From contig NC_087436.1 in assembly GCF_036321535.1 (NCBI RefSeq), positions 107,324,001 through 107,388,000 on the forward strand: a DNA stretch of 64,000 nucleotides. Reading direction: 5' to 3'. Positions 1 through 12,295 of this stretch are shown piece by piece (positions within the stretch are counted from its first letter, which is position 1; every line of letters begins with the position of its first letter). Position numbers and translations under genes: made by a program. The notes below the pieces were generated by a model that did not search any database, had not been told where the DNA came from, and saw only the letters and a program-made list of their open reading frames with translations. This stretch comes from Camelus dromedarius (taxonomy: Eukaryota).

Positions 1-339
1 TGGTCAGGGCGAAACTCCTGTGAATTCAGCACAAGCCCTCTGCCATCTTCCTTGTGATTATACTGACTGGCTTCCCAGGCCAACTTAGATTCCTAAAGGG
101 TAATTTTTCTTAAGTTTTGCATTTTTGTCACTAATGTAACTGTGTATGTTAATTTTGTTTTAAGCCCCATCTATTCCTATATGAAAGCAAGTAGCCCAAG
201 TATAAAATACCCATTTAAAAAATGCATGACGGTTGTAGGAGGTAACTGGTAATGCACAAACTATATGTGGATGGATTAGCAACCATCTTGCTTTAAAAAT
301 ATGACTCTGATCCTAACTCTGGAAAGTCATGGGTCTGGA

Positions 340-679
340 GTGTTGAGAAACAGCAAGAATGAAAATGTGGCTGGAGGGGAGTGAGGCAGAGGGAGTAACA
401 GGATATGAGGTCCAAGAGTCTGAGTAAGAAGGGGACTGTGTAGGACCCTGTCAATCGGTTAAGGATTTGCACTGTTACTCGGTGTGATGTGGAAAGCCAC
501 TGAAGAGCTCTAAGCAGAATATTTATATGATCTGACTTATCCTTTTAAAGGATAACTCTGGCTTCTGTAAGACGGAGAAATGAAAAACTAGTTAAGAGCC
601 TGGCCCATTAATTGGTCCAGGCAAAGATGATGATGGCTTAAACCTAGGTGTTTGCAGATTTATTGGCTGAGAGGGCACC

Positions 680-716
<37 letters not shown>

Positions 717-870
717 CAAAAATGACTCCATGATTTTGGGCTGAAGTCATCGGAAGCTGGGAGTTACCAATGAATGAGATGCTGTGCCAAGATAGCAGGC
801 ATGCGGAGATGAACAAGACACAGTGGCCCTGAGAACCTACAGTCTAAACGAGGAGATGGACAAGAAAACA
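340..870 (-). mobile_element. L2 LINE fragments
   Basis: L2-like motifs (ggaaagccactgaagag, tttaaaggataactctggct, gaacaagacacagtggccctg...acagtcta). Confidence 0.65.
683..710. repeat. (AG)14 microsatellite
   Basis: Perfect dinucleotide run. Confidence 0.95.
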
Positions 871-899
871 GATGTCAGTTAAAGCAAGTTCCTTTTCTT

Positions 900-1120
900 C
901 GACACTTACTTTGTACCAGGCACTGAACTAAACATTCTACAAATATGACATAACTCAATCCTTATAATGGCCTCATGTGGTTGATACAATTAGCCCTGTT
1001 TTTAGATGAGCAAACTGAAGCTCAGCAGATTGAGATGACTTGCCAAAGGCCTAAGAGCAGAAAGATGGAGAACTGGCTTGAACCCGTACCTGCCTGACCT
1101 CAAACTTATCCTCTGAACTT
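900..1120. mobile_element. MIR SINE
   Basis: Core tagatgagcaaactgaagctcag...gacttgccaaagg. Confidence 0.75.
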
Positions 1121-2479
1121 CTGTACTTGAGTCTAACTCTGGCTCATCTTAACCTGAGGAAATGACAGGGAAGCTACCTGAAGCAGGCCCACGAGGACAG
1201 GGAGCAGTTTCCCTATGACAGAATGATTGCACGAGCCCTTCTAATCCACAAAACAAGAAGGATGGACTTGACGATTTCCATGGTTCCTCTCAGTTCTAAA
1301 AGCCTATAATTTTAAAACATGGTGATGCTTCTTTTCACTGAAGTGAAAGTCATTTTTATTCCTTAAGATTGAATAGCATCTAACACAATTCTCTTATTTA
1401 TACAAAGCTATTCCAAGCCAGGCTGAATTGAGTCTCAAGCCTTATAGTTTGCCCATTTGGAAATAGAAAGACCATTAAGGGTGAAAGAATAGCAGAGAAC
1501 ACAGAAGGGTAAATGAGGAAAAGGACAATGTGCGTCAAGGAAATAAAGGTCTTGTCGTAAAATAAGGCAGGGAAATAAAAATGAGGTTTGGAAAATTATC
1601 ATTTTCCAGAAAACTGCAGAACTTTTACATCTTTGATACCGAGACATCTTGATGGTTGACTAAAAACTTCAATAACAACCGAAAAAAAAAGGATCTTGCA
1701 TGTTAACAGAAACTTTAATTTTCATAGTCTTTGTTGTTGCAAAGCCTGGTTTGTAATATCACACCTTCAATTTATCACAATAGCAAACTCATATGAACAT
1801 ACTTTCACCCGGAGAGGACACACATCATGCCCAGCTAGAAAAGGATAATGCAATATATTTGTGTCTGCCTTCGATATGGGATATGTCTGTGAGATTAAAG
1901 TGGAATTTGGCCTAGATTTAAGGAATCATAAAAACAACTTTGGGCTTAATGAGGATGTAACAAGCTGCGTGTTCTTCTTCATCATCATCACTGAGTTTAT
2001 GAAGGGTGTCCATGCTGTAGGCAGCTCTGTAGCAGTAGGCAGCTAGGGGGTATGTCGCTTGACTTGCTGACATGGAAGGTAAATAAAGTTACAATGAAAT
2101 GATACCCAAGACTTTGATTAGCATAAATAGGAAAGGAAAAGTTCTAAACTCTGGTTTTTAAACTGCTTCATGGAACTAGAGTGTCATTTTCCAGAGGGAG
2201 CAGCTCTCCTCCTCCCCTCCTTCACTTTATCCTCTTTTGAACACCTTCATGTGATGCCATTAATATAATTACATCTTAAAAATCTCACTTTAAGCTTTAA
2301 AAAAAATGTGAAAAACTGCACCTAAGAATACGATGAATGGACTCAATGTTAAAAAATATAAATAAAACTGAAGAATTTGCCCTGTATTTTAAAATCATCC
2401 TTATCTCTATATGCTGAGGACTGCCCGTTGAAATGATATTCAGCTTATTGTAATGGCTATTGCTTTCTTAAAACACATG

Positions 2480-3760
2480 CTAAACATGAAAACCGCAATA
2501 GAATGTTCAGAGGACTTAGATACTTCACAGAAGAAATTCAGACAACTAATAAGTAAGTAAAACATGATCTTCTCTAAAATTAAATACATGTAAATGAAAA
2601 CAACAGAAACCCACATGCAAATGTAAACATCATTTCAAATTAGCAAACTGCGTGCTGTGTGTATGAGTGCGTTTTAAAGATAATACTGACTATTGGCGAA
2701 GATGTGGCAAAGCGGGTATCCTAATGAGTATTAAGAAAAAATTAATTTCCAGAAATCTATTTGAAAATATACATTTAAACACTTTTTGAAGTACATACTT
2801 TTTGACTCCGTAATTTTCCATCTAGAACATTATTCTAAGGACATAAACAGAAGCTGGATCAAAAAATTATTTTCCAGTGATTTATCATGATTTTATGTAA
2901 CCTGTCGATGTGAGCACAAGCACCTAACTCTCCCAATTTCCATATTCCACAAACATTTCAAAATATACAATAGGTAAAACCTGCATTAATTCTGGAAACC
3001 ATAAAAGATTTGCTCCATTTGCTCAAAAATGTATGGTTTCTGGTTTGTCTGCTGGAGAGAGGGCAGATGGCTCTAGTCTGAAGGAAGAGCAGAGGGCAGG
3101 TTAGTGTGGGGAGGAAGTCAATATGGGGCCCCCCTCTGCAAGACGGACACTGCCAGCAGGAAGACCAAAGGCTGGATTCCACCTAAACAAGGAGGAAAAC
3201 AGTTAGACTCTTGAAAAGGTATTGCCTCTCATAAGAATAGAACTACTCCTGAAAACTATAGAAAACACTTCACTCTAAAAGAGACTTAGTGCAAGAAATG
3301 TATGCGTGTTTAAAAAAGTCTGCCCTTTTGTCTCAAAAACATATGAGGATTTATTGTATCTGTGAAACTAAAGTAAGTAGTCATGAGATCAGAAAAGAAC
3401 ACATGGAGGAAATAAATTGCTGAACCAAAAATCGCCACGGGACATCAGATAACCAGGCACTGCTAAAAATCAAATTAGTAAGGTGGAGACACAATTGGAA
3501 ATCTGCCCAAATCTCACAGAAGGGCAAGAAAATTTAACTCTAAGAGAAAAAATAAAAGACATGGAGAACAGATTCAGAAACGCTGATAGTCTGTAAACAT
3601 GAGAATATCAGTTAGAGGCCATGGTACAGATGAGACAGACCTAATTATTAAAGATACAATACCATAAAATTTTTATGAGCTTAAGAAAAACCTGAAACTA
3701 TAGTTGCAAGCAGCTTATTGGCAGGTTACATTAATGAGGAGACAGGAATCCTGGGTTTCA
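2480..3760 (+). mobile_element. Degenerate old L1M fragments
   Basis: A-rich L1-like segments (cttcacagaagaaattcagacaactaataag; atggagaacagattcagaa); highly decayed. Confidence 0.45.
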
Positions 3761-4255
3761 TATCTCAAAGAATAAAGGGCTGCTCTCAAAGCATCATGTG
3801 GATGCTGAATCACCCACAAAGGAACACAAATCAGTTTACAAATGTCACTTCCACAACGGTAACATCCAGAAGAAAACGGATCAATCTCTTAATTCAAAAA
3901 AGAAGAGGAGGGGGAGGAGGGGGAGGAAGAGGAAGAGAAGTTTTAGATGCATACAAGTTGCTACTCACACCCAAGGGCAAACAAAATGCACTCTCAAACA
4001 GAGCATTTCAGAAGTGCTATGAAAACATGAAACCTGCATAAAACTCTTCCTGAAGCATTTTTTGAAAAGATTCTACCATCTCACGACAGCTCAGCATAAA
4101 TGAGAACATTGGTCTGAAGTGTCTCTTAGAAACTAGGTCTCTTTCAATTCTCAGATCCACAGAGAGTCTATGTTCTACACAAACGATGCACCACAAATAA
4201 TAAAATGGAAGTTTTTAGAGGTCTTTTTAATATTAGGAGATCAAAGCCCTTAAGT

Positions 4256-5172
4256 CAGTGATTCTCAGCATTATCTGCACATTCGACTCTCCTGGGGAAC
4301 CTGTAAAACCCCTAATGCCCAGGCCACACCCCCTACATTTAAATTAGAATCTCTGTTTCTGCACTCCAATGTTTATTGCTGCATTATTCACAAGAGCTTA
4401 GATATGGAAACAACCTAAGTGTCTGTCTACATATGAATGGATAACGAAGATGTGAAATAAATATAGATAGAGATCTCATATATAAGACATATATGCGTAT
4501 GTGTGTATATATGGGCAATGTATACAGAGAGTATATTATACACTATTTTTATATATACATACAATATATATTGTAATATTTTTCAGCCACAAGACAGTAG
4601 AAAATCCTGCCATTTGCAACAACATGGATAGACCTTGAGGGTATTATGCTAAGTGAAGTAAGTCAGATAGAGAAAGACAAATATTAAGATCTCACTTACA
4701 TGCAGACTCAAAAAAGCTGAATTCACAGAAACAGAAAATAGAATGGTAGTTACCAGGGGCTGGGGGTGGGGGAAATGGGAAGATGTTGGTCAGAGGACAC
4801 AAACTTCCAGTTATAAGATGAATACGTTCTGGAAACTCAATATACAGCAGAGTGACTACAATTAACAACACTGCATTGTGTACTTGAAAGTTGCTAAGAC
4901 AGGAGATCTTAAATGTTCTCACCACAAACACACAAAAAAGGTGATGGAAGTGCTAACTAATCCTATTGTAATCATTCCACAATATACGTATGTATCTAAA
5001 CATCACTTTGTACACCTTAAAATTACACAATGTTATATGTCAATTACATCTTTAAAAAAAACTAGAAAAAATAAATTGTAATCACTGGGAGAGAGAACCC
5101 AGGTAGAAACCAGTATTTTTTTCTCAGTCTCCCCAGGCTATTCCAATGTGTAGCCAAGATTAAGAAGCAATG
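4256..5172. mobile_element. MER5A-like hAT-Charlie MITE split by an L1 insertion
   Basis: 5' half cagtgattctcag...aatgcccaggccacacccc...aaattagaatctctg (4256-4355) and 3' half ctccccaggctattccaatgtgtagccaag (about 5088-5172). Confidence 0.7.
4356..5071 (+). mobile_element. 5'-truncated L1 (L1MA9-like 3' end)
   Basis: ORF2 end and 3'UTR motifs (atggaaacaacctaagtgtc; acttgaaagttgctaagac; tacaccttaaaattacacaatg), A-tail, degenerate 16-bp TSD. Confidence 0.85.
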
Positions 5173-6264
5173 CTCCAAATTTTTGCTCTATATTAGAGCA
5201 AAAAAAAAAAAAAATAGAGTACTTTAAAAAGAGTAAGATTAGAATATGCAAACTTCCATTTTAGTATTTTTAATTTTCTCAGTTTTTTGCTTTTCCAGCT
5301 AAGATCCTCTTAAAACACTTGCATGTCATCCTAAGTGGAAACTTCAGGCCCTGCTGACTGATCATTCTTAGCGACTCTGAAGCAAAGGTTTAGGAAAGCT
5401 GTCTCCACCACATACTCCTTCAGTACTGTATCCCTTTTTCAGAACACATTCATCTGAACTACATTTGGAGAACATAGTTTTACACTGGATTAACTTCAAG
5501 ATCAACAAATGGAAAGGAGACAGACAGAGGGGCTTTGGCCAATAGAGGAAATAACTAAGTCCCCAGACTATATGACAAAGGAATATTTTTATAGACTGCC
5601 CAAGTATCTTGCATATTTGCTAATGCAATTATGAAAGCATGCATTAAATACTGGGGCTACAATCAACTCAGGGTCAAAGTGGCTCCCAGGGTCATGGTAA
5701 GTTGCCTAAGGAAGCATATCAATCTCTCAGGTCACTGTGAGAGCACGTGGCTCAGTGACTGCAGGAAACACATTAACGAGACCCTTTACACTCCTTTCTG
5801 AAGTGTGTGAAGGCAGAAAGGCCAGATCCAGGCAACAGCCAAGGCCGTGTCTTTGGTATAACCCAGAGACCGAAATTTTAGCTTTATAATAAGACATACA
5901 AATATAACCACCAAAACTGTTTCATCCATTTATTTATTAACGTCTCTCGTGCACTGAAGGAGGTTTCCAAGTCAAACACGTTGTGATTGATCGGGGCAGA
6001 CTTGACTTTAAAGAATTAAGCGTGCTTACTTATAATTCCAGAAAGTCTCTACTTTATAATTCATGTTTTTATCATCAATGAGAATCACTGAGATCCAATT
6101 CTAATGCAAAAATATTTATCTCGACAGAGTTTGATTAAAGAAAACCAACACACATCATCCTGAGCTCAGAATTCATATTAACTTTAAAGACCAGAAGAGA
6201 AGTGAACCAAAGAAAAGAAACCAACTTTTTATATGCTATAATATTTCATGTCACGAAAGCAAAG

Positions 6265-6445
6265 CTACTAGATTTTAATTGTTCCAAAAACTAAAAAGAA
6301 ATTGTTATGTGAGGTGATAGGGGAGCTAATTATCACTACAATAGCAATTGTATTACAATATATAAATGCATCAAATCAACATGTTTTACACATTAAATTT
6401 GCACAATGTTATGTGTCAAATGCACTTCAATTAAAAAAGAAAAAG
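6265..6445 (+). mobile_element. L1 3' UTR fragment
   Basis: tatataaatgcatcaaatcaacatg...cacaatgttatgtgtcaa plus A-tail; same type as the 3' end at 16290-16420. Confidence 0.75.
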
Positions 6446-6639
6446 GCAAAGCCAGAGCTTAAATTGAGGAACAAAAGTAGTACTCGGCTGTGAAGTGGTA
6501 TTCTGAGCCATGTTCTTCCTGGCTGGGCGTAAGGGTAAGTATTACTGGTGCGTTGGCGGTGTTTTGAGACCTCATAACTTCCAACTGCTCTAATGTGGAA
6601 TTTGTGAGAATCATATTAAGGTTTTGGCTAAAACTCCCT

Positions 6640-7040
6640 GAGAGTCACAGAGTTCAGGACTGGAAGGTGATCATGTCCAGACAGCAGCTGTGCCTTACAT
6701 ATTTCTGTATCCCCCACGGAAGCAGGCACACTATAGGTACTCAATAAATATTAGGTGATTGCACACACTTGTGGAATGACCGTCCCATATGGGGCAGACA
6801 TCCTCTCAATGGCATCTTTGACAGATGGGCATCTGGCATCTGCTTCCACATCATCTATTGACAGATATCTAATGATCTCCTGAGGACATCCATTCCCTTA
6901 CTCAGCCCCACTAATTGTTAGAAAACTCTGTCTGACTTTGAACTGAAACTTACTTTCATGGCCTGGCTCCCCACTGGCCTGAGCTCTGCCCTCTCCAACA
7001 ACACAAAATGAGTCTTTGTAGTCTTTTACATGATATCTCT
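6640..7040 (-). mobile_element. CR1/L3-like fragment with a short L2 piece
   Basis: catccattccc...ctaattgttagaaaactc...gaactgaaac resembles the L3 3' region; gtactcaataaatatt is L2-like. Confidence 0.45.
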
Positions 7041-7434
7041 TTAACAATCTGAATAAATTGTTATATTTGTTAAATTTTAATAAAATTGTTAAAGAGCTCT
7101 CCCTATATGAGGTTATCCTGGACTTTCTCTTCTGGGTATGATTTAGATTGTTAATATTAACGTTAATGCTTAACAGTGTCACAGACAAGAGATAACATTC
7201 CAGATATAAACTGAGAGTGATGCTCTTCCATCTTATAATCATGAGATGTGACACTGCGAATGCAAGTAAGGCAAAACTGTAAATGACTAAAACATATGTG
7301 TTTGCTTTCGTAGAGTATATTCAACAGTTTCTATCAAGCTTCTAGTTTGACTCATTCCAAGTTTCATTTCTAAACCAGGCATCTGATCATGTCACTTTAT
7401 TGCCTAATATTTTTGATGACTGCCACAATTTTCT

Positions 7435-7720
7435 TCCAATCAACAAAAATGTATTAAGTTCCTATCATGTTCCAGGAACTATTCTATATCCTGAGGCACC
7501 AAATACAAGCAGAGAAACATGGTCCCTTCTCTCCTAAAGCTTATAGCATATGAAGATGTGTCAAGAAAATCAGTAAACAACCAAGAAATACAACTTCAGA
7601 TTTAAAAAAAAAAAAGTAAAAATTGATTGGAAATGGAGGCCATATATTAGAACCACAGGGAACGTCTCTGTGCGAAGGTGAAATTTAAGCTAAGACCTAT
7701 TTGATGAAAATGCACAAACC
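7435..7720 (-). mobile_element. L2 3' fragment
   Basis: caacaaaaatgtattaagttcctatcatgttccagg...catggtcccttctctcctaaagctta. Confidence 0.65.
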
Positions 7721-8844
7721 ATCATCAAAGTAGCAGAAAGTATGTTTTTGCTCTCTCCAAACGAGCTTTTCGTCATCTGCAAATTTGAAACGCATTCCCT
7801 CAACTCTTTACCCCAAGCATTGGTTAAATAATGTTGCCTTGGGCAGGGTCAAGAAGAAAGAAACTTTAGATACCTAGGAGTTTCCTTCTCCACTGTCTTG
7901 TAGCAATATCTGATTACAAGGGCTTTGCAAAACAAGTAATCTGCTTTCAGGATTTGCAAAGCAGGGCAGAATTCCTCCCCTACTAAGCTCCCATCAATAA
8001 TAGAGGACACATTGCACTGCCTGCTGTGGGATTGCTTTCCTTTCCAGGCAAAGCCACCTACTGAGGACCAAAGGAACTTTAGATGAACACATTTCAATGT
8101 ATTGACAATTGTAGCACCAGCCCCAGTGAGAGGTTCACAGCTCGGTTCTCAGCCCAATACAATTCAAACTTCCTTTCCCAGAGCAAGGGTGGATATGCCT
8201 TCCCTGCTCAACTAGCTTTCCTTGGTAGCACACTGTTGAGTTAGCAAATGAAGCCAGGGAGAGGCTGCACTGTCCATGTGTCTACATAGAAGGGGCTTGA
8301 GGGCAGTATTCTGGAAAGGGGGAAATACGGATAATGCCTCCACACGGTTATCACTTGGCCCTGCCACCAAACTTCCATGACCTGGAGAAAGCAAAAGCCT
8401 TTTACATCCTTCTGTGTTCTCTGTTTGCAACATATTCTCTCCAAAGAAGGTACAATTTCCCCCAGCCTCTGCTCTTAGCTAGAAAAGCATCCAGTAAATA
8501 CTGAGCATAAATCTTCTATTCGGATTACAGTTGCCAAGCTGTTAAACACACTTACTCACCCAAAGTCTATTTAGCCTACAGGTTTTCACACTTACATCAC
8601 CCCCTACATACAGGACTGCTGCTTATGATTACACAGGTCGTGCTTTGCACGGCTCTAGGGAACACCCTTGACATAAAGCCATTGTAGATTTGTTTAGACT
8701 TTGGGACCATTTTACAGAAAACGCAGTGTTCTGAGGAAAGGGAGTCTCACTGTAAATGGTACAAAGGCCCTGGATGGACTAACTGTGTGGCTGTTTTATA
8801 AACTCCCATGTAGGAAATGCCTTTCCAACATCTGAGCTACTCAA

Positions 8845-9350
8845 GGATATTCAGTGCAGTGCTGTTTGTAAAAGTGTAAAAAAAAAGTCTGTCATTTGGA
8901 CCCCAAAGGTCTATCAGCAAGAGAATGGATAAATAAATGTGGTCTGGTCACATATCAGCATACCACAGATCCATTAAAAAATGAATTAAATCTAGAAGTA
9001 TCAACATGGATAAATCTTAAAGAATGTAATGTTGAAAACAGCTATGCAGAGTGCGATACCATTGATATAAATAGTAAGATACACAAAACAATGTATAAAT
9101 AGGTTATGGGTGTCTGTACTTTGTAGCAAAATGCACAGCTAGTGCACAAGTTGATACACATCATTTTCAGGATCAGAGTCATCCCAGGTGAGGGAAGGAA
9201 GAAAGGAGATTTGGGAAGGGCACAAAGGGGTTCCATCTGGGTCAATAGTATTTTATTTCTTTTTAATGTAAAATATATGTGGCAAAATATTAACATTTGT
9301 TAAATCTGGGTCACAGTTATGTGGGTACCTACATTTTTTTGTATGTCTGA
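8845..9350 (+). mobile_element. Old L1ME/L1MC 3' fragment
   Basis: gaatggataaataaatgtggt; tcaacatggataaatctta; ggcaaaatattaacatttgttaaatctggg. Confidence 0.65.
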
Positions 9351-11344
9351 AAAACATTTTTTTAAGTGAAGGAGAAAGGAAGTGAAGTTTCATTTCCCCA
9401 AAGGAGCTACTATGTCTTTTCCCCTCTGATAATGAGATCTCTATTATTCAGTGGCTTTCCAATTTTTCTTTTTTTAGCAACAGAGTCTTGCTTTCAAATG
9501 AAAATTTTTATGGATTCCTAATACAAACAACCAATGAAAGCTGAGGTGCCCCGGAGCCCTGATTTCTCACCTTCTCTCTATGCAATGTAACAGTCCCCAA
9601 AGATCTCTCTGCAGAACCCAAGGCTCCACAGTGCATACTCTGAGCGCTACTGATGTAACGAATGGTGCAGCTCTTTGGACCCAGATGCCAGAGAGCTATG
9701 CACCAGTTTTCAAGCTTTCTGTCAACATCCAAGGTCAGGACACTTGCATTCTCCCTACCCTCCTGGTTCTGGCTTACTAACTGATATTTCTTTTCATCAA
9801 GAACCTGAATGTAATAAAATGGACCATCTTCAAAAACTGACTAAAATGAATACCTCTCCACAAGTTACACTGGCATTTAACTATCCTCCCTACCATTATT
9901 CTGAATGACAGAGCTTTAAGTGTTTGTGTTATTCAAAAAAATATTTTTAAAGATAGAAATGCAAAACAAAGATGATTTTTTTAAAGGTGAATCTCCCTTA
10001 AATAAAAGGAAAGCAATAAATGACTTGGCTTGAATGCAGTTATCCATATTTATAAGAGAATCCAGGATCAGGAATGTCAAAAGTTAAAAAAAAAATAACT
10101 TGGACTTATTTGGGGGAATCATTTCACAATATATACAAATACTGAATCATTATATTGTACCCCTGAAACTAACATAACATTACATGTCAATTACGCCTCA
10201 ACAGCAAGATTTTAAGGTAAAGAATAAGAAACGTCATATAAGCTTCCTTCAACTACTGACCAATACAAATATTCAACATGACATTTCTGTGACTAATAAT
10301 GTATTGGTACAGAAAGCTAGTGAAGATATTTTAACTTCATTTTTGTGAACATTGTTAAGTTATAACATTTTACGTTAACATAAATTCATTTGTTCTGCCA
10401 AGGAGATCTGCTGCTATACTTAGGAAAATGTCACACTTTCTTAAAGACGCCTACTCAATAAAACACTGCAATTGACTGTTGTAATATATCAAAGTTCAAA
10501 ATCATGTTTCCCAGAATATTCAACATAGCCCCATAATGTAAGTGTGGTCTGTCAAACATGAAACATGTTTGCAATAGTCAAACAGACATGGGTTTGCTAT
10601 AGCTAAAGAAACAGTGATAAGATTACCACTGAGTGGCTGGCTTCTAATATATGTCTATATAATGAGAAGAATCACTTTGGGGTGAAATGACACACAGTAG
10701 TAGTAATAGGCAATTACTTTATCAACTGAACTATGGCTACCTAGTGAGTTTAGTTTCAGAGACATCACAGGGTTACAGTAGAGTGCTAGCTGCTGCTTTC
10801 TGGCCAGGAGCATGAACCCAGACATCACCGAGAAAGGCCTCACATTTTGACAAGAGCACCCTACCCAATCCTGGCTTCATACCAGGACCAAGAGTTGCCT
10901 GATCCCTGAGAAGCAAAATTAACTGTTCACCAGCTGCCCTGTCCTTGCTCCCTCTTTAAAGGAAACGGTCAGCCTCCTTCTGCAGCCACCATTGCACTCA
11001 CTAAGTACTGGGGATGCCAACTGGGATGTGAAGATATTATGGAAGAGAAGACTGTGGGTTGGAAGGGGAGATTTCAGGGTGAGGCAGAGATTTAAGGGGA
11101 GGCAGAATGAGGCCAGACAGAGGAGGACAGATGACTACTGTGTCTGATGGTGCTCAATTAAACCACTAAAATCATCTGCTTGCCTGAATAGGATCCTACC
11201 TTACTAACTGAGACCACAAAGAAACAACAATACGGAAAAATTTTTAAAGTCTTTATTTCTAACACAAGTCAGCTGTTAAGCCATCTTTTAAAGCAGCCTA
11301 TGATGTTATGTGAGGGAAGAGACAAATGGAAAAAAATGTGGAAA

Positions 11345-11560
11345 ATTCAAAGAAGAATCACAGAAATGATTAAACGCACAGTGAAGTTCCATTAGGAAGG
11401 TTATACAGCCTAAAAAGCCCAGTGAAGAGAAATCGAAAACATGATTGGATAAGAGTAAAGGCTGATGAAACACCAAGATAGATGGATTACTGATGCCAGT
11501 CGAGATGTCCATCTCTAGAAATCCACAAGAAAAGAAGAGACAACTCTCAGGGTTAGAAGA
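11345..11560 (+). mobile_element. Possible CR1/L3 fragment
   Basis: gtccatctctagaaatccacaagaaaagaagagacaactctcagggtt resembles the L3 3' region. Confidence 0.35.
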
Positions 11561-12109
11561 TTTAGTTACTCATCTGCACAAAATCAGACTGGATGACCAG
11601 CATTACGACCTTGTGAACAAAAATATGCAGAGGGCCTTGTATAGACTCAGGATATTGTTTAAGAATATTTAAAGATTAATTCCAGAATTTCCATCAGCCA
11701 ATAAAGTCAACACGTTGGCTCCAAGAGTGAATATAATACCAGTGTGAAGTGAACCCACAAAGCCAATGCCCAGTTGATCCACAGGGCAGAGCTTGGATTC
11801 CAGCAATATGCAACAGACTCTCTATTAGTCAGAAAGTCAGGAAACGGAGTGCTCCAGCTAATCAAATATTTTTTGTTAATTGTTACCACATGCAGAAGGA
11901 TTACAAATTTTTAAAGAATGAGAATAAATTAAAATACACTTAACACTGAAACTAAACTGATTATAATTTAATCTTTCTCTAATTATTCAGAATGCATTTC
12001 AGGGTCATCAGGAGAAGCATAAATTATCAGTGCTTGATGACTGTGCAGGAAGTCACAGTTTTTCTAAAATCCTGGTTAATAGATGCTGGGTAACAAAGAA
12101 TTCACTGCA

Positions 12110-12295
12110 TTCGTTATCATTTTGGGGGATTTATTGTGCCAGGCATTTTGCTAGGATATGAAGGATATCATTAATCCTCACCAGAAATAAAACTTGACAG
12201 ATGATGAACTGATATTCATTGAGTTAGAATAACTTGTCCAAGGTTATACAACACAGAAGGGTGTCAGAGCCAGATTTTGAAGGCAGAACTGTATC
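12110..12295. mobile_element. MIR SINE
   Basis: gtgccaggcattttgctagg...acagatgatgaactga...aacttgtccaaggttata...cagagccagattttgaa. Confidence 0.7.

Noticed and set aside
3718..4041. ORFs with poly-Gly or basic runs
   Set aside because: Produced by a purine-rich low-complexity tract at about 3896-3940.
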